A stretch of DNA of 64,000 bases from NCBI GenBank assembly GCA_963728915.1, contig CAVSLV010000002.1:224001-288000 (forward strand), read 5' to 3'. The translations under genes and the position numbers were made by a program. This document shows positions 43,091-53,074 of the stretch, piece after piece. Within the stretch, counting starts at the first letter, position 1. Every line of letters starts with the position of its first letter. Below the pieces are notes generated by a model. It was not told the origin of the DNA. It searched no databases and was given only the letters and a program-made list of their open reading frames with translations. Source of the stretch: an uncultured Gemmatimonadales bacterium (lineage in GTDB: Bacteria > Gemmatimonadota > Gemmatimonadetes > Gemmatimonadales > GWC2-71-9).

Positions 43091-44260
43091 TTAGCCTCCC
43101 GCTGCCTTCCCGGTTCCAAAGATCTCCCGGAACGCTACCATGAACCGTCCCATCTCGTCCGGGGTACCCACCGAGACCCGGAGATGCTCGGTGAGCGGCG
43201 GGAACGGGCGGCCCACCAGGATCTTCCGCTTGCGGAAGTCGTCGACCAAGGGCTGCACCGGGCGCTTGAGGTGCACCATGAAGAAGTTGCACTGCGACGG
43301 AATGGTGTCGTAGCCCAGCTCATTGAGCTGCCGCATGCACTTGTCGCGCCCTTCGATGGTCACCTTCTTGACCCAGGCCTGGGCGGCGGTGTCGTTGAGC
43401 GCCGCGACTCCACCCCACTTCACCACCGCGTTGATGCTGCCGGACCCGAACGGACGGAGCTGCTGAATGAGGCTCCGGGGAGCGATGGCGTATCCCAGCC
43501 GCATCCCGGCAAGCGCGGCAATCTTGGAGAAGGTCCGGGTCACGATCACCTGCCGGCCTTCCAGCACGTAGGGCATCGACGTGGCGTACTCGGGATCGGT
43601 CACGAAATGGTGATAGGCCTCGTCGATCAGCACCGGGACGTCTTCCGGAATCGAATCGAGGAGCTGCGCCACGTCCTTGCTGGACACGGTCCGCCCGGTG
43701 GGATTGTTGGGATTCACCAGGTACACGAAGCCCACGTCCCGGTAGTTCTGCTTGACCGCCCGGATCATCGCGGGGATGTCCTGGGTGTAGTCCTTGAGCA
43801 GCGGCAGTCTGATCTGATCCGCCTTGAGGGTCCGGGCGTGCTGGTAGAGGATGTCGTAGGAGGGATCCACTCCGACGACCTTCTTGTCATCGCGGAGCAA
43901 CGCAATGCACGCGATGTCGAGGATCTCGCCCGAACCGGCGCCCAGCATGACGTTCTCGGGCTCGACCCCATGGAGCTTGGCGATCGCGTCGGTGATCCCG
44001 CCGTCGGGATAGCCATACCGATTGGCGTACTTGAAGGCGTCGGTCATCGCCTTGATCACCGAATCGGGCGGCCCGTAGGGGTTCTCGTTGTTGGCCAGCT
44101 TGGCAAACGCGTCGTATTCGTCCACCGTGGCCCGCTGTCGCTGCTGCGCCGGCGCGGCCTGCGACCAGAGCCCGAGCTCAGGCCGAAGCGTCAACGCCCC
44201 TACCGCCGTCGCGACCCCACCGAAGAATCGCCGCCTGGTCACCGGTACCCTCATGCTCAT
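43091..44260 (-). CDS. HisC-like class I/II PLP aminotransferase with Tat signal
   Basis: NENPYGP, NPNNPTG, DEAY, RTFSK; N-terminal TRRRFFGG. Confidence 0.88.
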   Translation of the reverse strand: MSMRVPVTRRRFFGGVATAVGALTLRPELGLWSQAAPAQQRQRATVDEYDAFAKLANNENPYGPPDSVIKAMTDAFKYANRYGYPDGGITDAIAKLHGVEPENVMLGAGSGEILDIACIALLRDDKKVVGVDPSYDILYQHARTLKADQIRLPLLKDYTQDIPAMIRAVKQNYRDVGFVYLVNPNNPTGRTVSSKDVAQLLDSIPEDVPVLIDEAYHHFVTDPEYATSMPYVLEGRQVIVTRTFSKIAALAGMRLGYAIAPRSLIQQLRPFGSGSINAVVKWGGVAALNDTAAQAWVKKVTIEGRDKCMRQLNELGYDTIPSQCNFFMVHLKRPVQPLVDDFRKRKILVGRPFPPLTEHLRVSVGTPDEMGRFMVAFREIFGTGKAAGG

Positions 44261-44285
44261 CGTCGCCCCTTTCTGTAATCCCTCA

Positions 44286-44317
44286 GTCCGCCTGTCCGCC
44301 CGTCCGCCTGTCCGCCC
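44286..44317. repeat. Octamer tandem repeat GTCCGCC(T/C) x4
   Basis: Read directly; the reverse-complement unit also occurs at about 23766-23781. Confidence 0.75.
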
Positions 44318-44321
44318 CTCC

Positions 44322-46502
44322 TCAGCTCCAGCTCAAATCCTGCTTCCCGATCGGCAAGGACCGGATTCGCTTGCCGGTCGCCTCGAAAATCGCGTTGCAC
44401 AACGCGGGGATGACCGGCGGCAAGGCCGGCTCCCCTAACCCGGTGGGCGGGAAATCCGGGGTGCTCCAGTGCACCTCGATCGGGACCGCCCGGGTCAGCC
44501 GGAGCAGCGGGAAATCGTGGAAATTGCTCTGCACCGCCCGGCCCTGCTCGATGGTGATCTCCTGCCCCAGCGCCTCCGCGATGCCGTCGAGCACCGCGCC
44601 CTGCACCTGGTTCTCCGCGTTCAGGGGATTGATCACCTGGCTCCCGATATCGCCGGCCACCCAGACCTTCTCGATGCTCAGGACGCCGGCCCGGGTGACG
44701 CTCGCCTGGACCACCTCGGCAAAATGACCCCGGTGGCTGTAGTGGAACGCCACCCCCATCCCGCTCCCCCGTTCCTTCCTCCGGGAGCTCCAGCCCGACT
44801 TCTCGGCGACCAGCTCGAGCACCGCTCGCATCCGCTGGGCGTTGAGTCCCTCCCCCTCCGGGGCCGAACCCAGCAGATCGAGCCGGAACTGCAGCGGATC
44901 CCGGCCCCCGGCATGGGCCAGCTCATCGAGGAACGATTGCATCACGAACGCCACGCCGTTGCTGGTCGGGGCGCGCAACGCCCCGGTTGGAACGCCCAAC
45001 GGCATCACCGACGCATCGAGCTGATAGTTCGGGATGAACCGCTGGGGAAACTCGGTGGCGCCCAATCCGGCGGACGGCGCGAAGCGCTCGCCCTCGCCGA
45101 ACGAAACGAAATGGTTGCGCCACGCGACCAGCTTCCCGGCCCCGTCCACCCCGCCGGCGAGATAGTGGAACCCCGCTGGGCGGTAGAAGTCGTGCCGCAT
45201 GTCGTCTTCCCGGGTCCAGAGCAGCTTGACCGGTACCCCGGCCTGTTTCGCGATCGCCGCGGCTTCGACCATGTAGTCGTTGTTGAGCCGCCGGCCGAAT
45301 CCGCCCCCGCTCCGGGTCAAGTGAATCGTGATGTCGGTCTCGGGAAGGTTCAGGGTGCGGGAGACCAGAGTGCGGCCACTGGCGGGAGTCTGGGTCGGCG
45401 CCCAGATCTCGAGCTTGCCGTCGCGGTAGCTCGCGGTGCAGTTCATCGGCTCGAGCGGCGCATGCGCGATGAACGGATAGAAGTACTCTGCTTCCACCCG
45501 TTTGGCGGCGCTCGCGAGGCCGGCCTCGGGATCGCCGTCCTTCCGGAGGTTGCGCTGGGCCGGCCCCTTGCTCAGCTCGGCGGCTCGCGCCGCGAACGCG
45601 GCGCTGCTCTGTGCGGCGGTGTCGCCCTCGTTCCAGGTCACCTTGAGCGCATCGCGGGCTCGCTTGGCCGCCCACCAGGTATCGCCCAGAACGGCCACGC
45701 CACCGAGCAATCCGTTCAGCGCGCCACCGGGACCCGGCTCCAGCACGAAGGCCTGGCGAACCCCGGGATGGGAGCGCACTTCATCGAGATTGGCGTCGGT
45801 CACGGTGCCGCCGAACACCGGACATTTTTCGTACAGCGCATAGAGCATCCCGGGAACGTTCACGTCGATGCCGTACAGCGGGGTTCCGGTCACGATGGCG
45901 TGGGTATCCACCCCGTGAATCGGCTGCCCGATGATGCGGAACTGCTTGGGATCCTTGAGGGGCACCGAGTCGAGCGCGGGCGCGGGAACCGCGGCGGCCT
46001 TTTCCAGCAAGGCGCCGTACTTGAGGCTGCGTCCGCTCCGGCGGTGAAAGACCGCACCGGAGAGCGTTTCGCACTCGGACTCGGGCACCTGCCAGGTCCG
46101 GGCGGCTGCGGTCACCAGCATGGCGCGCCCCGCGGCGCCCACCTGCCGCATCCGGGTCCAGTGGGTTGGAGTTGCGGTGCTTCCACCCGCGAACTGTCGC
46201 TCGAACTTGTCGGTATCGAGACCGGCCTGCTCGATCCGGACGTCCTTCCAGTCGACGTCCAGCTCGTCGGCGATGATCATCGGAAGCATCGTCTTGACGC
46301 CCTGCCCGATCTCCGGGTTCTGGGCAATCAGGGTGACCGCGCCGTCCGGGGTGATCCGGATGAACGGGTTAGGGAGAAACTCGCTGGCCGTCGATGCGCC
46401 GAGCCGGGAGGCGCGGCCCAGACGGGTCCCCAACAGCAGGCCTCCCCCCGCCATGACGCCGACGGCGAGAAACTCCCGCCGGTCCCAGGTGGCCCGGCTC
46501 AT
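44322..46502 (-). CDS. Molybdopterin oxidoreductase large subunit (IorB/xanthine-dehydrogenase family), Tat signal
   Basis: [36 protein letters not shown]; start at ATG 46502. Confidence 0.92.
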   Translation of the reverse strand: MSRATWDRREFLAVGVMAGGGLLLGTRLGRASRLGASTASEFLPNPFIRITPDGAVTLIAQNPEIGQGVKTMLPMIIADELDVDWKDVRIEQAGLDTDKFERQFAGGSTATPTHWTRMRQVGAAGRAMLVTAAARTWQVPESECETLSGAVFHRRSGRSLKYGALLEKAAAVPAPALDSVPLKDPKQFRIIGQPIHGVDTHAIVTGTPLYGIDVNVPGMLYALYEKCPVFGGTVTDANLDEVRSHPGVRQAFVLEPGPGGALNGLLGGVAVLGDTWWAAKRARDALKVTWNEGDTAAQSSAAFAARAAELSKGPAQRNLRKDGDPEAGLASAAKRVEAEYFYPFIAHAPLEPMNCTASYRDGKLEIWAPTQTPASGRTLVSRTLNLPETDITIHLTRSGGGFGRRLNNDYMVEAAAIAKQAGVPVKLLWTREDDMRHDFYRPAGFHYLAGGVDGAGKLVAWRNHFVSFGEGERFAPSAGLGATEFPQRFIPNYQLDASVMPLGVPTGALRAPTSNGVAFVMQSFLDELAHAGGRDPLQFRLDLLGSAPEGEGLNAQRMRAVLELVAEKSGWSSRRKERGSGMGVAFHYSHRGHFAEVVQASVTRAGVLSIEKVWVAGDIGSQVINPLNAENQVQGAVLDGIAEALGQEITIEQGRAVQSNFHDFPLLRLTRAVPIEVHWSTPDFPPTGLGEPALPPVIPALCNAIFEATGKRIRSLPIGKQDLSWS

Positions 46503-46984
46503 GGCTGGCCCCCGGTGCTCGCGGCGCCGGCGGGGAGGGTGGCCGCGAGATGAATCGCCTGGCGAATCCGGAGGTAGGTCGCGCACCGGCACAGGTTTCC
46601 ATTCATGGCGGCATCGATGTCCGCATCGGTCGGTTTGGGCTTCCGGGCCAGCAGGGCGGCCGCGCTCATCAGCTGGCCCGCCTGGCAATAGCCGCACTGC
46701 GGCACGTCCAGCTCTTCCCAGGCCCGCTGAAGCGGATGGGTGCCGTCGGGAGACAGTCCCTCGATGGTGGTCACCAGGGCGCCGCTCACCGCGGAGACAG
46801 GGAGCACACACGAGCGGGTCGGCGCGCCGGCCACGTGCACGGTACAGGCGCCGCACTGCGCCGCCCCGCAGCCGAATTTGGTGCCCTTGAGGTCGAGCAC
46901 ATCGCGGAGGACCCAGAGCAGCGGCATGTCGGGCGAGACGTCCACCGTCACCGCCTTGCCGTTCACCTTGAAGCTGGTGCTCAT
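46499..46984 (-). CDS. 2Fe-2S small subunit (IorA-like)
   Basis: [29 protein letters not shown]. Confidence 0.95.
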   Translation of the reverse strand: MSTSFKVNGKAVTVDVSPDMPLLWVLRDVLDLKGTKFGCGAAQCGACTVHVAGAPTRSCVLPVSAVSGALVTTIEGLSPDGTHPLQRAWEELDVPQCGYCQAGQLMSAAALLARKPKPTDADIDAAMNGNLCRCATYLRIRQAIHLAATLPAGAASTGGQP

Positions 46985-48027
46985 GGCTTCACATACCTCC
47001 TGAGCGCGCGTGGTCCGACTTCCGCGCCATAGATATTGCCTTTCGCGTCGACCGCCACCCCCTCCGCCGCGCTGGTGCCGCGGGCGCTCTCGTCCGGGTC
47101 GGGAATGAAATACAGCACCTTGCCGTCCCGGGCGTTCCCGATGCGGATTCCGCGCTTCCAGGCGCCATGGGCGGGATTGACCGACCCGGACTCTGAATCG
47201 GCCACGTAGATCATGTCGTTCTTGTCGATCTCGATGCCGCTGGGCCGGCTGAACTGGGACCACTCCGCCAGAAACGTTCCCTCCTGGTCGAAGATCTCGA
47301 TCCGGTTGTTGCTTCGATCGCCCACGAAGAGCCGGCCCCGGGAATCCATGGCCAGAGCGTGGGGCTGGGCGAATTCCCCGGGACTGCTGCCTTTCACGCC
47401 CCAGGTCTTGAGCAGCTTGCCGCTCTGGTCGAACTTGAGAATCCGCGCGTTCGCGTCGGCGGCATCCGAGTGTCCTTCGGCGACGAAGATGTCGCCGTTC
47501 GGCGCGACCAGCACGTCGTTCGGTTGATAGAAGAACTCCGTCCCCTTGCCCCCGCCGGGTTTCCCCAGGGTCAGGAGCAGGGTGCCCTCGGGGCTGAACT
47601 TGTAGACCTGGTGGCCTTTCCCGGGCGTGTTACGCTGCTCGGCGGTGCCGGTGCAGGCGCAATCGGTGACCCACACATTGCCCTGGCGATCCACCGTGAT
47701 CCCGTGGGGGGAAAGGAACATTCCCTTTCCGAAGCTCCTCACCAGCTTGCCCGATCCATCGAACTCGAGGACCGGGTCGAGATCGGAGCCGGCGCAGCTG
47801 TTTTCGCCGCAGCGCTCGCCGACCCAGATGCTCGTCCCGTCCCGGTCGATCGCGACGGCGCTGGTCGAGCCCCAGGTTCGCCCCGCAGGCATGTGCGCCC
47901 AGCCGGAAATCGTGCGATACGGGTTGGGGAGATCGTTGGTGGGAGCCGTCCCGGCCTGACCCGAAACGAGGGACGGAAGCGGAAGGGCGATCACCACGAG
48001 GATCGCCCGGGCAGAGCGGCAGTCCAT
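46981..48027 (-). CDS. Secreted NHL-repeat beta-propeller (PAM lyase-like)
   Basis: [47 protein letters not shown]. Confidence 0.85.
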   Translation of the reverse strand: MDCRSARAILVVIALPLPSLVSGQAGTAPTNDLPNPYRTISGWAHMPAGRTWGSTSAVAIDRDGTSIWVGERCGENSCAGSDLDPVLEFDGSGKLVRSFGKGMFLSPHGITVDRQGNVWVTDCACTGTAEQRNTPGKGHQVYKFSPEGTLLLTLGKPGGGKGTEFFYQPNDVLVAPNGDIFVAEGHSDAADANARILKFDQSGKLLKTWGVKGSSPGEFAQPHALAMDSRGRLFVGDRSNNRIEIFDQEGTFLAEWSQFSRPSGIEIDKNDMIYVADSESGSVNPAHGAWKRGIRIGNARDGKVLYFIPDPDESARGTSAAEGVAVDAKGNIYGAEVGPRALRRYVKP

Positions 48028-48059
48028 GAGGCAAACCTACTCGATCCGCGGAGGGACTG

Positions 48060-48560
48060 CTAACGCCCCGAGAGGGGCGAGCCTCCCGCAACACGGAACA
48101 GGCCGAGCCCGGCTTGCTCGAGTACGGCGGGAATCGCCCGAATCGCATCCCGATCGTATTCCCGGATTCGCTCGGAAAGCTCGGCCCAATCGACCAGATA
48201 GGGCGTCCGTTTGCGGGCCACGTCCTTCACCGGACCCGGAGTCCAGCCGGCGGCTCGCCGTTCCCGCACCCAGCGATCGTGCTCGCCCCGGGCCAGGATC
48301 TCGAGCTCGCCAGGGGAAAACGATCGCCTCGCGTTACGGTCCATCGGTCCGATCCGGTAGCCCACCTGCGCCACCGTCACCGGGAAGGCCTGGGCCTGGG
48401 AGCGATTCGATGCCCGCAGCGCCTCGGGCAGGAGGTCCCAGGGTTGCATGGCCGGATCGCTGGAAGCTTTCCGGTCCCGCTGGTTCCGCAGGTATCGCTC
48501 GTGAATCGCGCGGGCCAGTCGCTCGATCAGGTCGGCCGGAAGCTCGGCGGGACCCTTCAT
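48060..48560 (-). CDS. RyR-domain protein
   Basis: LARAIHERY, PWDLLPEALRASN, LARGEHDRW...GW...PYLVDWAEL. Confidence 0.8.
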   Translation of the reverse strand: MKGPAELPADLIERLARAIHERYLRNQRDRKASSDPAMQPWDLLPEALRASNRSQAQAFPVTVAQVGYRIGPMDRNARRSFSPGELEILARGEHDRWVRERRAAGWTPGPVKDVARKRTPYLVDWAELSERIREYDRDAIRAIPAVLEQAGLGLFRVAGGSPLSGR

Positions 48561-48563
48561 CCC

Positions 48564-50366
48564 CTAACCCGGAGACCTCGCGGCGTGCAGGCCCACTTCC
48601 GCCAGCAGGGCCGGAATGGTCTCGACCGCGGCCCGGTCGTAGCCGCGGATCTCCTCGGGAAGCTCGGACCAGTCGCACAGAAACGGGCTGGTTCTTCGCT
48701 CCACGTTCTTGGGTCCCCGGCTCCAGCCCGCCAGCCATCGCTCGGCATTCCAGCGGTGATGCTCCATCCGGGCCAGGAGCTCGACTTCGTCCGGGGTGAA
48801 CCGGAACGGACGCTCCGGACCTTGGAGGCCCTCCGCGAGATCGGCGCCGATCGCGCGAAGCTTGATGACCACGTGGTCCGCCTGCTGGCGGTTCGATTCC
48901 CGAAGGTCCTCCTCGAGGAGCGGCCAGGGCGCCACACTCCGATCGTCGGGATCCCGCTCGCCGCCGGTGAGCCGCCGGGTGACGAAGTCGGCATGAATCG
49001 CCTTGGCGAGCTTCTCTTCCAGGGTGTCCTGGAGCGCGGCCTCGCAGCATCCCTCGTCCAGCCGGCCGAAGGTCCGCACCCGGACTCGCGATCCCGACTC
49101 CGGCCGGCTCCAGAGCCGGTCTACCATCGCTCCCAGTCCCTCCCGGTGCGCCACCCGCACCGCGACCCGCACCGCGTCGCCCCGGAGCACCGGGAGAAGC
49201 CGAAGCGCCACCTCGACCGCCCGGGCCTGGTCGTCGAAGCAGACCACCAGACTGGTCAGGGCACATCCATCCGCGGACCACTCCTCGATCAGTCGCCGGG
49301 CCCCGGGAGACTCCAGGTCCAGGTGGTGAACGGTGAGCTCGCACACCTCCCGGAAACGGGGGTAGCGGAACAGGAACGCCTCCTCCCGCGCCGGCCCCTC
49401 CCGGTCGATCACCGAGATCCGGAGCCGCCGGGCCGGGTCAGCGACGCCGTTCGCGAAATGCCCCAGCTTGGCGGCCCGAAGCGCGACCGATCTTCCCATG
49501 CGCCCGAAACCGAAAATCACCAGGTGAGGACGCCGGCTTTCGGTCGCGGCAATCCCGTGATGGTCGATCGGAAGCTCCGAGAGGAGCACCCGGCGGGCCT
49601 CCCGGTCGTAGAGATCGAAGAACTGGAGTGATACCGGCGATCCCTCCACCCGGGGAGCGAGCCGTTGCAGCTCGACTCGAAGGTCCACATCGGAGAGATG
49701 GATGTTGCAGTGCACCGGGCCGCGCTTCCGCCGCTGTCCCGGCTGGGCGTCCAGCACCGCTTCGGCCTGGACCGCGGTTTCGCAGTTCACCCCATCATCG
49801 GGACATAAAGCCCACAGCTCCGCGGCGCGAAGCAACCCGGCGGAACGGAGCACCGCGGGATCGGCGGCGTTGCCGGTAATGACTTGGGCGCCGAGCCGCA
49901 GGCATTCTCGGGCTTGTTCCTCGGCAGGTTGTCGATCGATCACGACCACCTGTCGTCGGCGGCCCGCCCGGCTCCGCTCGTGCCGGACGCACTGGACCGC
50001 GCGACGGCCCAGTCCTCCGATCACCACATGATTGGAGAACCGCCCGAACCGCATCGCGGCGAATTCATTGGGAAAGAGCTGCCGCCCGACCCGGAGCACG
50101 GCGCCGACCAGGAACACCGCCGCGGACCAGCGGGCGAACTCGAGGGAGAGCGGAACGGCGTGCTCGAAATGGGGGCTATGCAGCAGGAAGAGCTGGGCGC
50201 AGTGATAGAGGGCGGTCCAGACCGAACGGTCCGCGCCGATCTGTTCCGCGTATTCGGCGTATCCCCAGGTCCCCAGCGCCAGCGTGGCGAGAAACCAGCC
50301 CACCAGGAGGAAGCGACGGGGTCGGGACAACAGGCTGAGATTGAGTCCCGACTCCGAGCCGCTCAT
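48564..50366 (-). CDS. Membrane protein with TrkA-N (RCK) domains and C-terminal RyR domain
   Basis: N-terminal TM-reentrant-TM; HVVIGGLGRRA and HLVIFGFGRMG Rossmann motifs; LARMEHHRW...GW...PFLCDWSEL. Confidence 0.82.
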   Translation of the reverse strand: MSGSESGLNLSLLSRPRRFLLVGWFLATLALGTWGYAEYAEQIGADRSVWTALYHCAQLFLLHSPHFEHAVPLSLEFARWSAAVFLVGAVLRVGRQLFPNEFAAMRFGRFSNHVVIGGLGRRAVQCVRHERSRAGRRRQVVVIDRQPAEEQARECLRLGAQVITGNAADPAVLRSAGLLRAAELWALCPDDGVNCETAVQAEAVLDAQPGQRRKRGPVHCNIHLSDVDLRVELQRLAPRVEGSPVSLQFFDLYDREARRVLLSELPIDHHGIAATESRRPHLVIFGFGRMGRSVALRAAKLGHFANGVADPARRLRISVIDREGPAREEAFLFRYPRFREVCELTVHHLDLESPGARRLIEEWSADGCALTSLVVCFDDQARAVEVALRLLPVLRGDAVRVAVRVAHREGLGAMVDRLWSRPESGSRVRVRTFGRLDEGCCEAALQDTLEEKLAKAIHADFVTRRLTGGERDPDDRSVAPWPLLEEDLRESNRQQADHVVIKLRAIGADLAEGLQGPERPFRFTPDEVELLARMEHHRWNAERWLAGWSRGPKNVERRTSPFLCDWSELPEEIRGYDRAAVETIPALLAEVGLHAARSPG

Positions 50367-51472
50367 GGAAGCGGAGTTTCATCCCGGGCGCCGAGGAACT
50401 CGCCCAGGGGAGCGAGCCCCTCGATATGGTCGCCGCAGATCTTGAGGGTGGCGAGGATGGGGACCGCGACGAAGGCGCCGGCCACGCCCCAGATCCAGTA
50501 CCAGAACCCGATCCCCACGAACACCGCGACCGGGTTGAGCGCCAGCCGCCGGCCCTGCAGCACCGGATAGAGCAGGTTGGCCTGGAGCAGGTTGATCAGG
50601 ATCAGCGCGCCGGGCGGCAGCAGGGCGTGGCCCAGCTCGTGAAAGGTGGCCAGGCCCGCGACGAAGAGCACGATGGTGAGGAGCACGGCCCCGAGATAGG
50701 GAACGAATTCGAGCAGGAACGCGGCGGCGCCCCAGAGCAGCGGGTTAGGCATGCCGATCAGCTGCATCGCCCCGGCCACCACCAGGCCTTCGATCAGGTT
50801 GATCAGGGCGGCGGTCCCCAGGTAGGTGGAGATGGAAGCCTGGGTCTGCCGCGCGATCCGCGCCGCGGTGAGCTTGTCCGTGAGATTAGGAAGCAGCTTG
50901 ATGAGTTTGCGGAGGAACAGGTCCCCGGCGGCCAGCAGGAAATAGAGCAGGATGACGATCTGGAGCAGGGCGGTCACCACCCGGGAGGTCGAACCGAACA
51001 GCCGGGACAGGAAACCCGGCCCCCGAACCACGACCTCCTGGGCCTGGCTTGGCTCGGTGACGCCGACTTCCCCGGCCGCGCTCTCGACCTGTTTCGCCGT
51101 TTGGCTCACCCTCTGGAACGGCCGAAACAGCTTGCGAAGCTCCCGCTGGGCACCGGCAATGGCCTGGGGAGCCTTTTCGCCCCAGACCTGGACCGGGCCG
51201 GCCAGCTGGTACACCGCGAAGCCGACCCCGCCAACCAGGCCGAGCACGACCAGGGCGGCGGCGACGGCGGTGGGAATCCGGAGCCGGCCAAGCCCGCGCA
51301 CCAAAGGACCCAGGACGAAGTTCAGCAGGACGGCGAAGGTGACGGGGAGCAGGAAGGCCCGGGCGAAATACAGGGTGTATCCCACGGCCAGCACGGCCAC
51401 GACCCCGAGCGCGTTGGGGCGAAGGCGGGAAGCCGAAGGCTCGGGAGGGACCGCGGGGGGGCCGGCAGCCAT
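50363..51472 (-). CDS. AI-2E family transporter
   Basis: LEFVPYLGA, LNPVAVF, WGVAGAFVAVPI; start at ATG 51472. Confidence 0.9.
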   Translation of the reverse strand: MAAGPPAVPPEPSASRLRPNALGVVAVLAVGYTLYFARAFLLPVTFAVLLNFVLGPLVRGLGRLRIPTAVAAALVVLGLVGGVGFAVYQLAGPVQVWGEKAPQAIAGAQRELRKLFRPFQRVSQTAKQVESAAGEVGVTEPSQAQEVVVRGPGFLSRLFGSTSRVVTALLQIVILLYFLLAAGDLFLRKLIKLLPNLTDKLTAARIARQTQASISTYLGTAALINLIEGLVVAGAMQLIGMPNPLLWGAAAFLLEFVPYLGAVLLTIVLFVAGLATFHELGHALLPPGALILINLLQANLLYPVLQGRRLALNPVAVFVGIGFWYWIWGVAGAFVAVPILATLKICGDHIEGLAPLGEFLGARDETPLP

Positions 51473-51556
51473 CCGGTAATTATACGGTGGACAGCACCCC
51501 CGGGGGGTGGCATTTTTGGTCCCCCGGCAACGATAACCCGCAGCGAGGAGGAAACG

Positions 51557-52063
51557 ATGCAGACCCGGTTGGCAGTGATCCTGATGCTGGCGGTGCCCGG
51601 TGCGGCCGCGGCCCAGGGGCTGGAAGCGGTCACCCCGATCTATGAAATGGGCAAGGGATGGCTGATCAAATCGGCCGAGCAGATGCCCGAGGCGAACTGG
51701 TCCTTCAAGCCGACTCCGGCGGTCCGGAGCTTCGGCGAGATCATCGGGCATGTCGCCGATGCGAATTACATGTTCTGCTCGATGGTTCTGGGGGAGAAGA
51801 GTCCGGCCACGATGTCGTACGAGAAGGCAAGCCGCGCCGATGCGATCCAGGGTCTCAAGGCAGCGTTCGCCTACTGCGACAAAGCCTACAAGATTCCGGT
51901 CGCGAGCCTGGGCGATCCGGTCACCTTCGAGGGCATGAAGGGGAACAAGCTCTGGGGACTCATGTTCAACGTGGCCCACAACAGCGAGCACTACGGGAAC
52001 CTGGTCACCTATTTCCGGCTCAAGAACATGGTGCCGCCCTCGAGCCAGTCGAGCGGCATGTAG
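51557..52063 (+). CDS. Secreted DinB-family protein
   Basis: MPEANWSFKPT, RSFGEIIGHV, HNSEHYGNLVTYFR; GAGGAGG RBS. Confidence 0.88.
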   Translation: MQTRLAVILMLAVPGAAAAQGLEAVTPIYEMGKGWLIKSAEQMPEANWSFKPTPAVRSFGEIIGHVADANYMFCSMVLGEKSPATMSYEKASRADAIQGLKAAFAYCDKAYKIPVASLGDPVTFEGMKGNKLWGLMFNVAHNSEHYGNLVTYFRLKNMVPPSSQSSGM

Positions 52064-52086
52064 CTCCCTCACCCGCGACAGACGCG

Positions 52087-52497
52087 GTGCCGAACCCGGG
52101 CGGGGACGAAGCGGTCATCTATTTCGATGGAGTCTGCAACCTGTGTAACCGGTTCGTCGACTTCGTGATCCGGCACGATCTCCAGCGCCGGTTCCGCTTC
52201 GCCTCGCTCCAGGGAGAGACCGCCCGGGAACGGCTTCCCGGGTGGCTCACCGGTGCGGCGCTCAGGACGGTGGCGCTGGAGACGCCGGGCCGGTTGCGAT
52301 TCCGGTCCGATGCGGTCCTCGCGGTCCTGGCCGGGCTGGGCGGGGCGTGGAAGCTGGCGGCCGGATTCCGGATCGTTCCCCCGATCGTCCGGGATGCGGT
52401 GTACGAATACGTGGCCAACCGGCGCTTCCGGTGGTTCGGCCAGCGCGACAGCTGCCGGCTCCCGACTCCCGAAGAACGGGAGCTCTTTCTGCCCTGA
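52087..52497 (+). CDS. DCC1-like thiol-disulfide oxidoreductase (DUF393)
   Basis: FDGVCNLC, FASLQ, RFRWFG; start uncertain. Confidence 0.85.
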   Translation: MPNPGGDEAVIYFDGVCNLCNRFVDFVIRHDLQRRFRFASLQGETARERLPGWLTGAALRTVALETPGRLRFRSDAVLAVLAGLGGAWKLAAGFRIVPPIVRDAVYEYVANRRFRWFGQRDSCRLPTPEERELFLP

Positions 52498-52505
52498 GGT
52501 GTGAC

Positions 52506-53039
52506 ATGGAAGTGGCAACGTTTGCGGGAGGGTGCTTCTGGTGCATGGAAGCGATCTTCCAGTCCCTCCAAGGCGTGCACCAGGTGAGGTCGGGATACAC
52601 CGGAGGACGGATCCCCAACCCCAGCTACGAGCGGGTATGCACCGGAGCCACCGGGCACGCCGAAGCGGTGGAGATCCGGTTCGATCCCGCGGTGATCTCC
52701 TATCGAACGCTGCTGGAGTTCTTCTTCGCCTTCCACGATCCGACCACCCTGAACCGGCAGGGACCCGACGAGGGAACCCAGTATCGCTCCGCGATCTTCT
52801 ACCAGAGCGACGAGCAGAAGCGGCAGGCGGAAGAGGTGATCCGCGAGCTCGAGAAGAACGGCACCTTTCCCGATCGCATCGTCACCGAGCTTTCCCCCGC
52901 GAACGAGTTCTATCCGGCCGAGCCCTATCACGTGGACTACTATCGCCGGAACCCCGACAAGGCCTACTGCCGGGCGACCATCGGCCCCAAGGTGGCCAAG
53001 CTCCGCAGCAAGTACGCCGATTCGCTGAAACAACCCTGA
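52506..53039 (+). CDS. msrA: Peptide methionine sulfoxide reductase A
   Basis: GGCFWC, GHAE, HDPTTLNRQG, QYRSAIF, FYPAEPYH. Confidence 0.97.
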   Translation: MEVATFAGGCFWCMEAIFQSLQGVHQVRSGYTGGRIPNPSYERVCTGATGHAEAVEIRFDPAVISYRTLLEFFFAFHDPTTLNRQGPDEGTQYRSAIFYQSDEQKRQAEEVIRELEKNGTFPDRIVTELSPANEFYPAEPYHVDYYRRNPDKAYCRATIGPKVAKLRSKYADSLKQP

Positions 53040-53074
53040 CGACCCGACCTTCAACGCCCACCTCGACTGAGCGA

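Noticed and set aside
43091..44260. Calling this gene hisC
   Set aside because: The Tat signal and the absence of other his genes argue against the biosynthetic enzyme.
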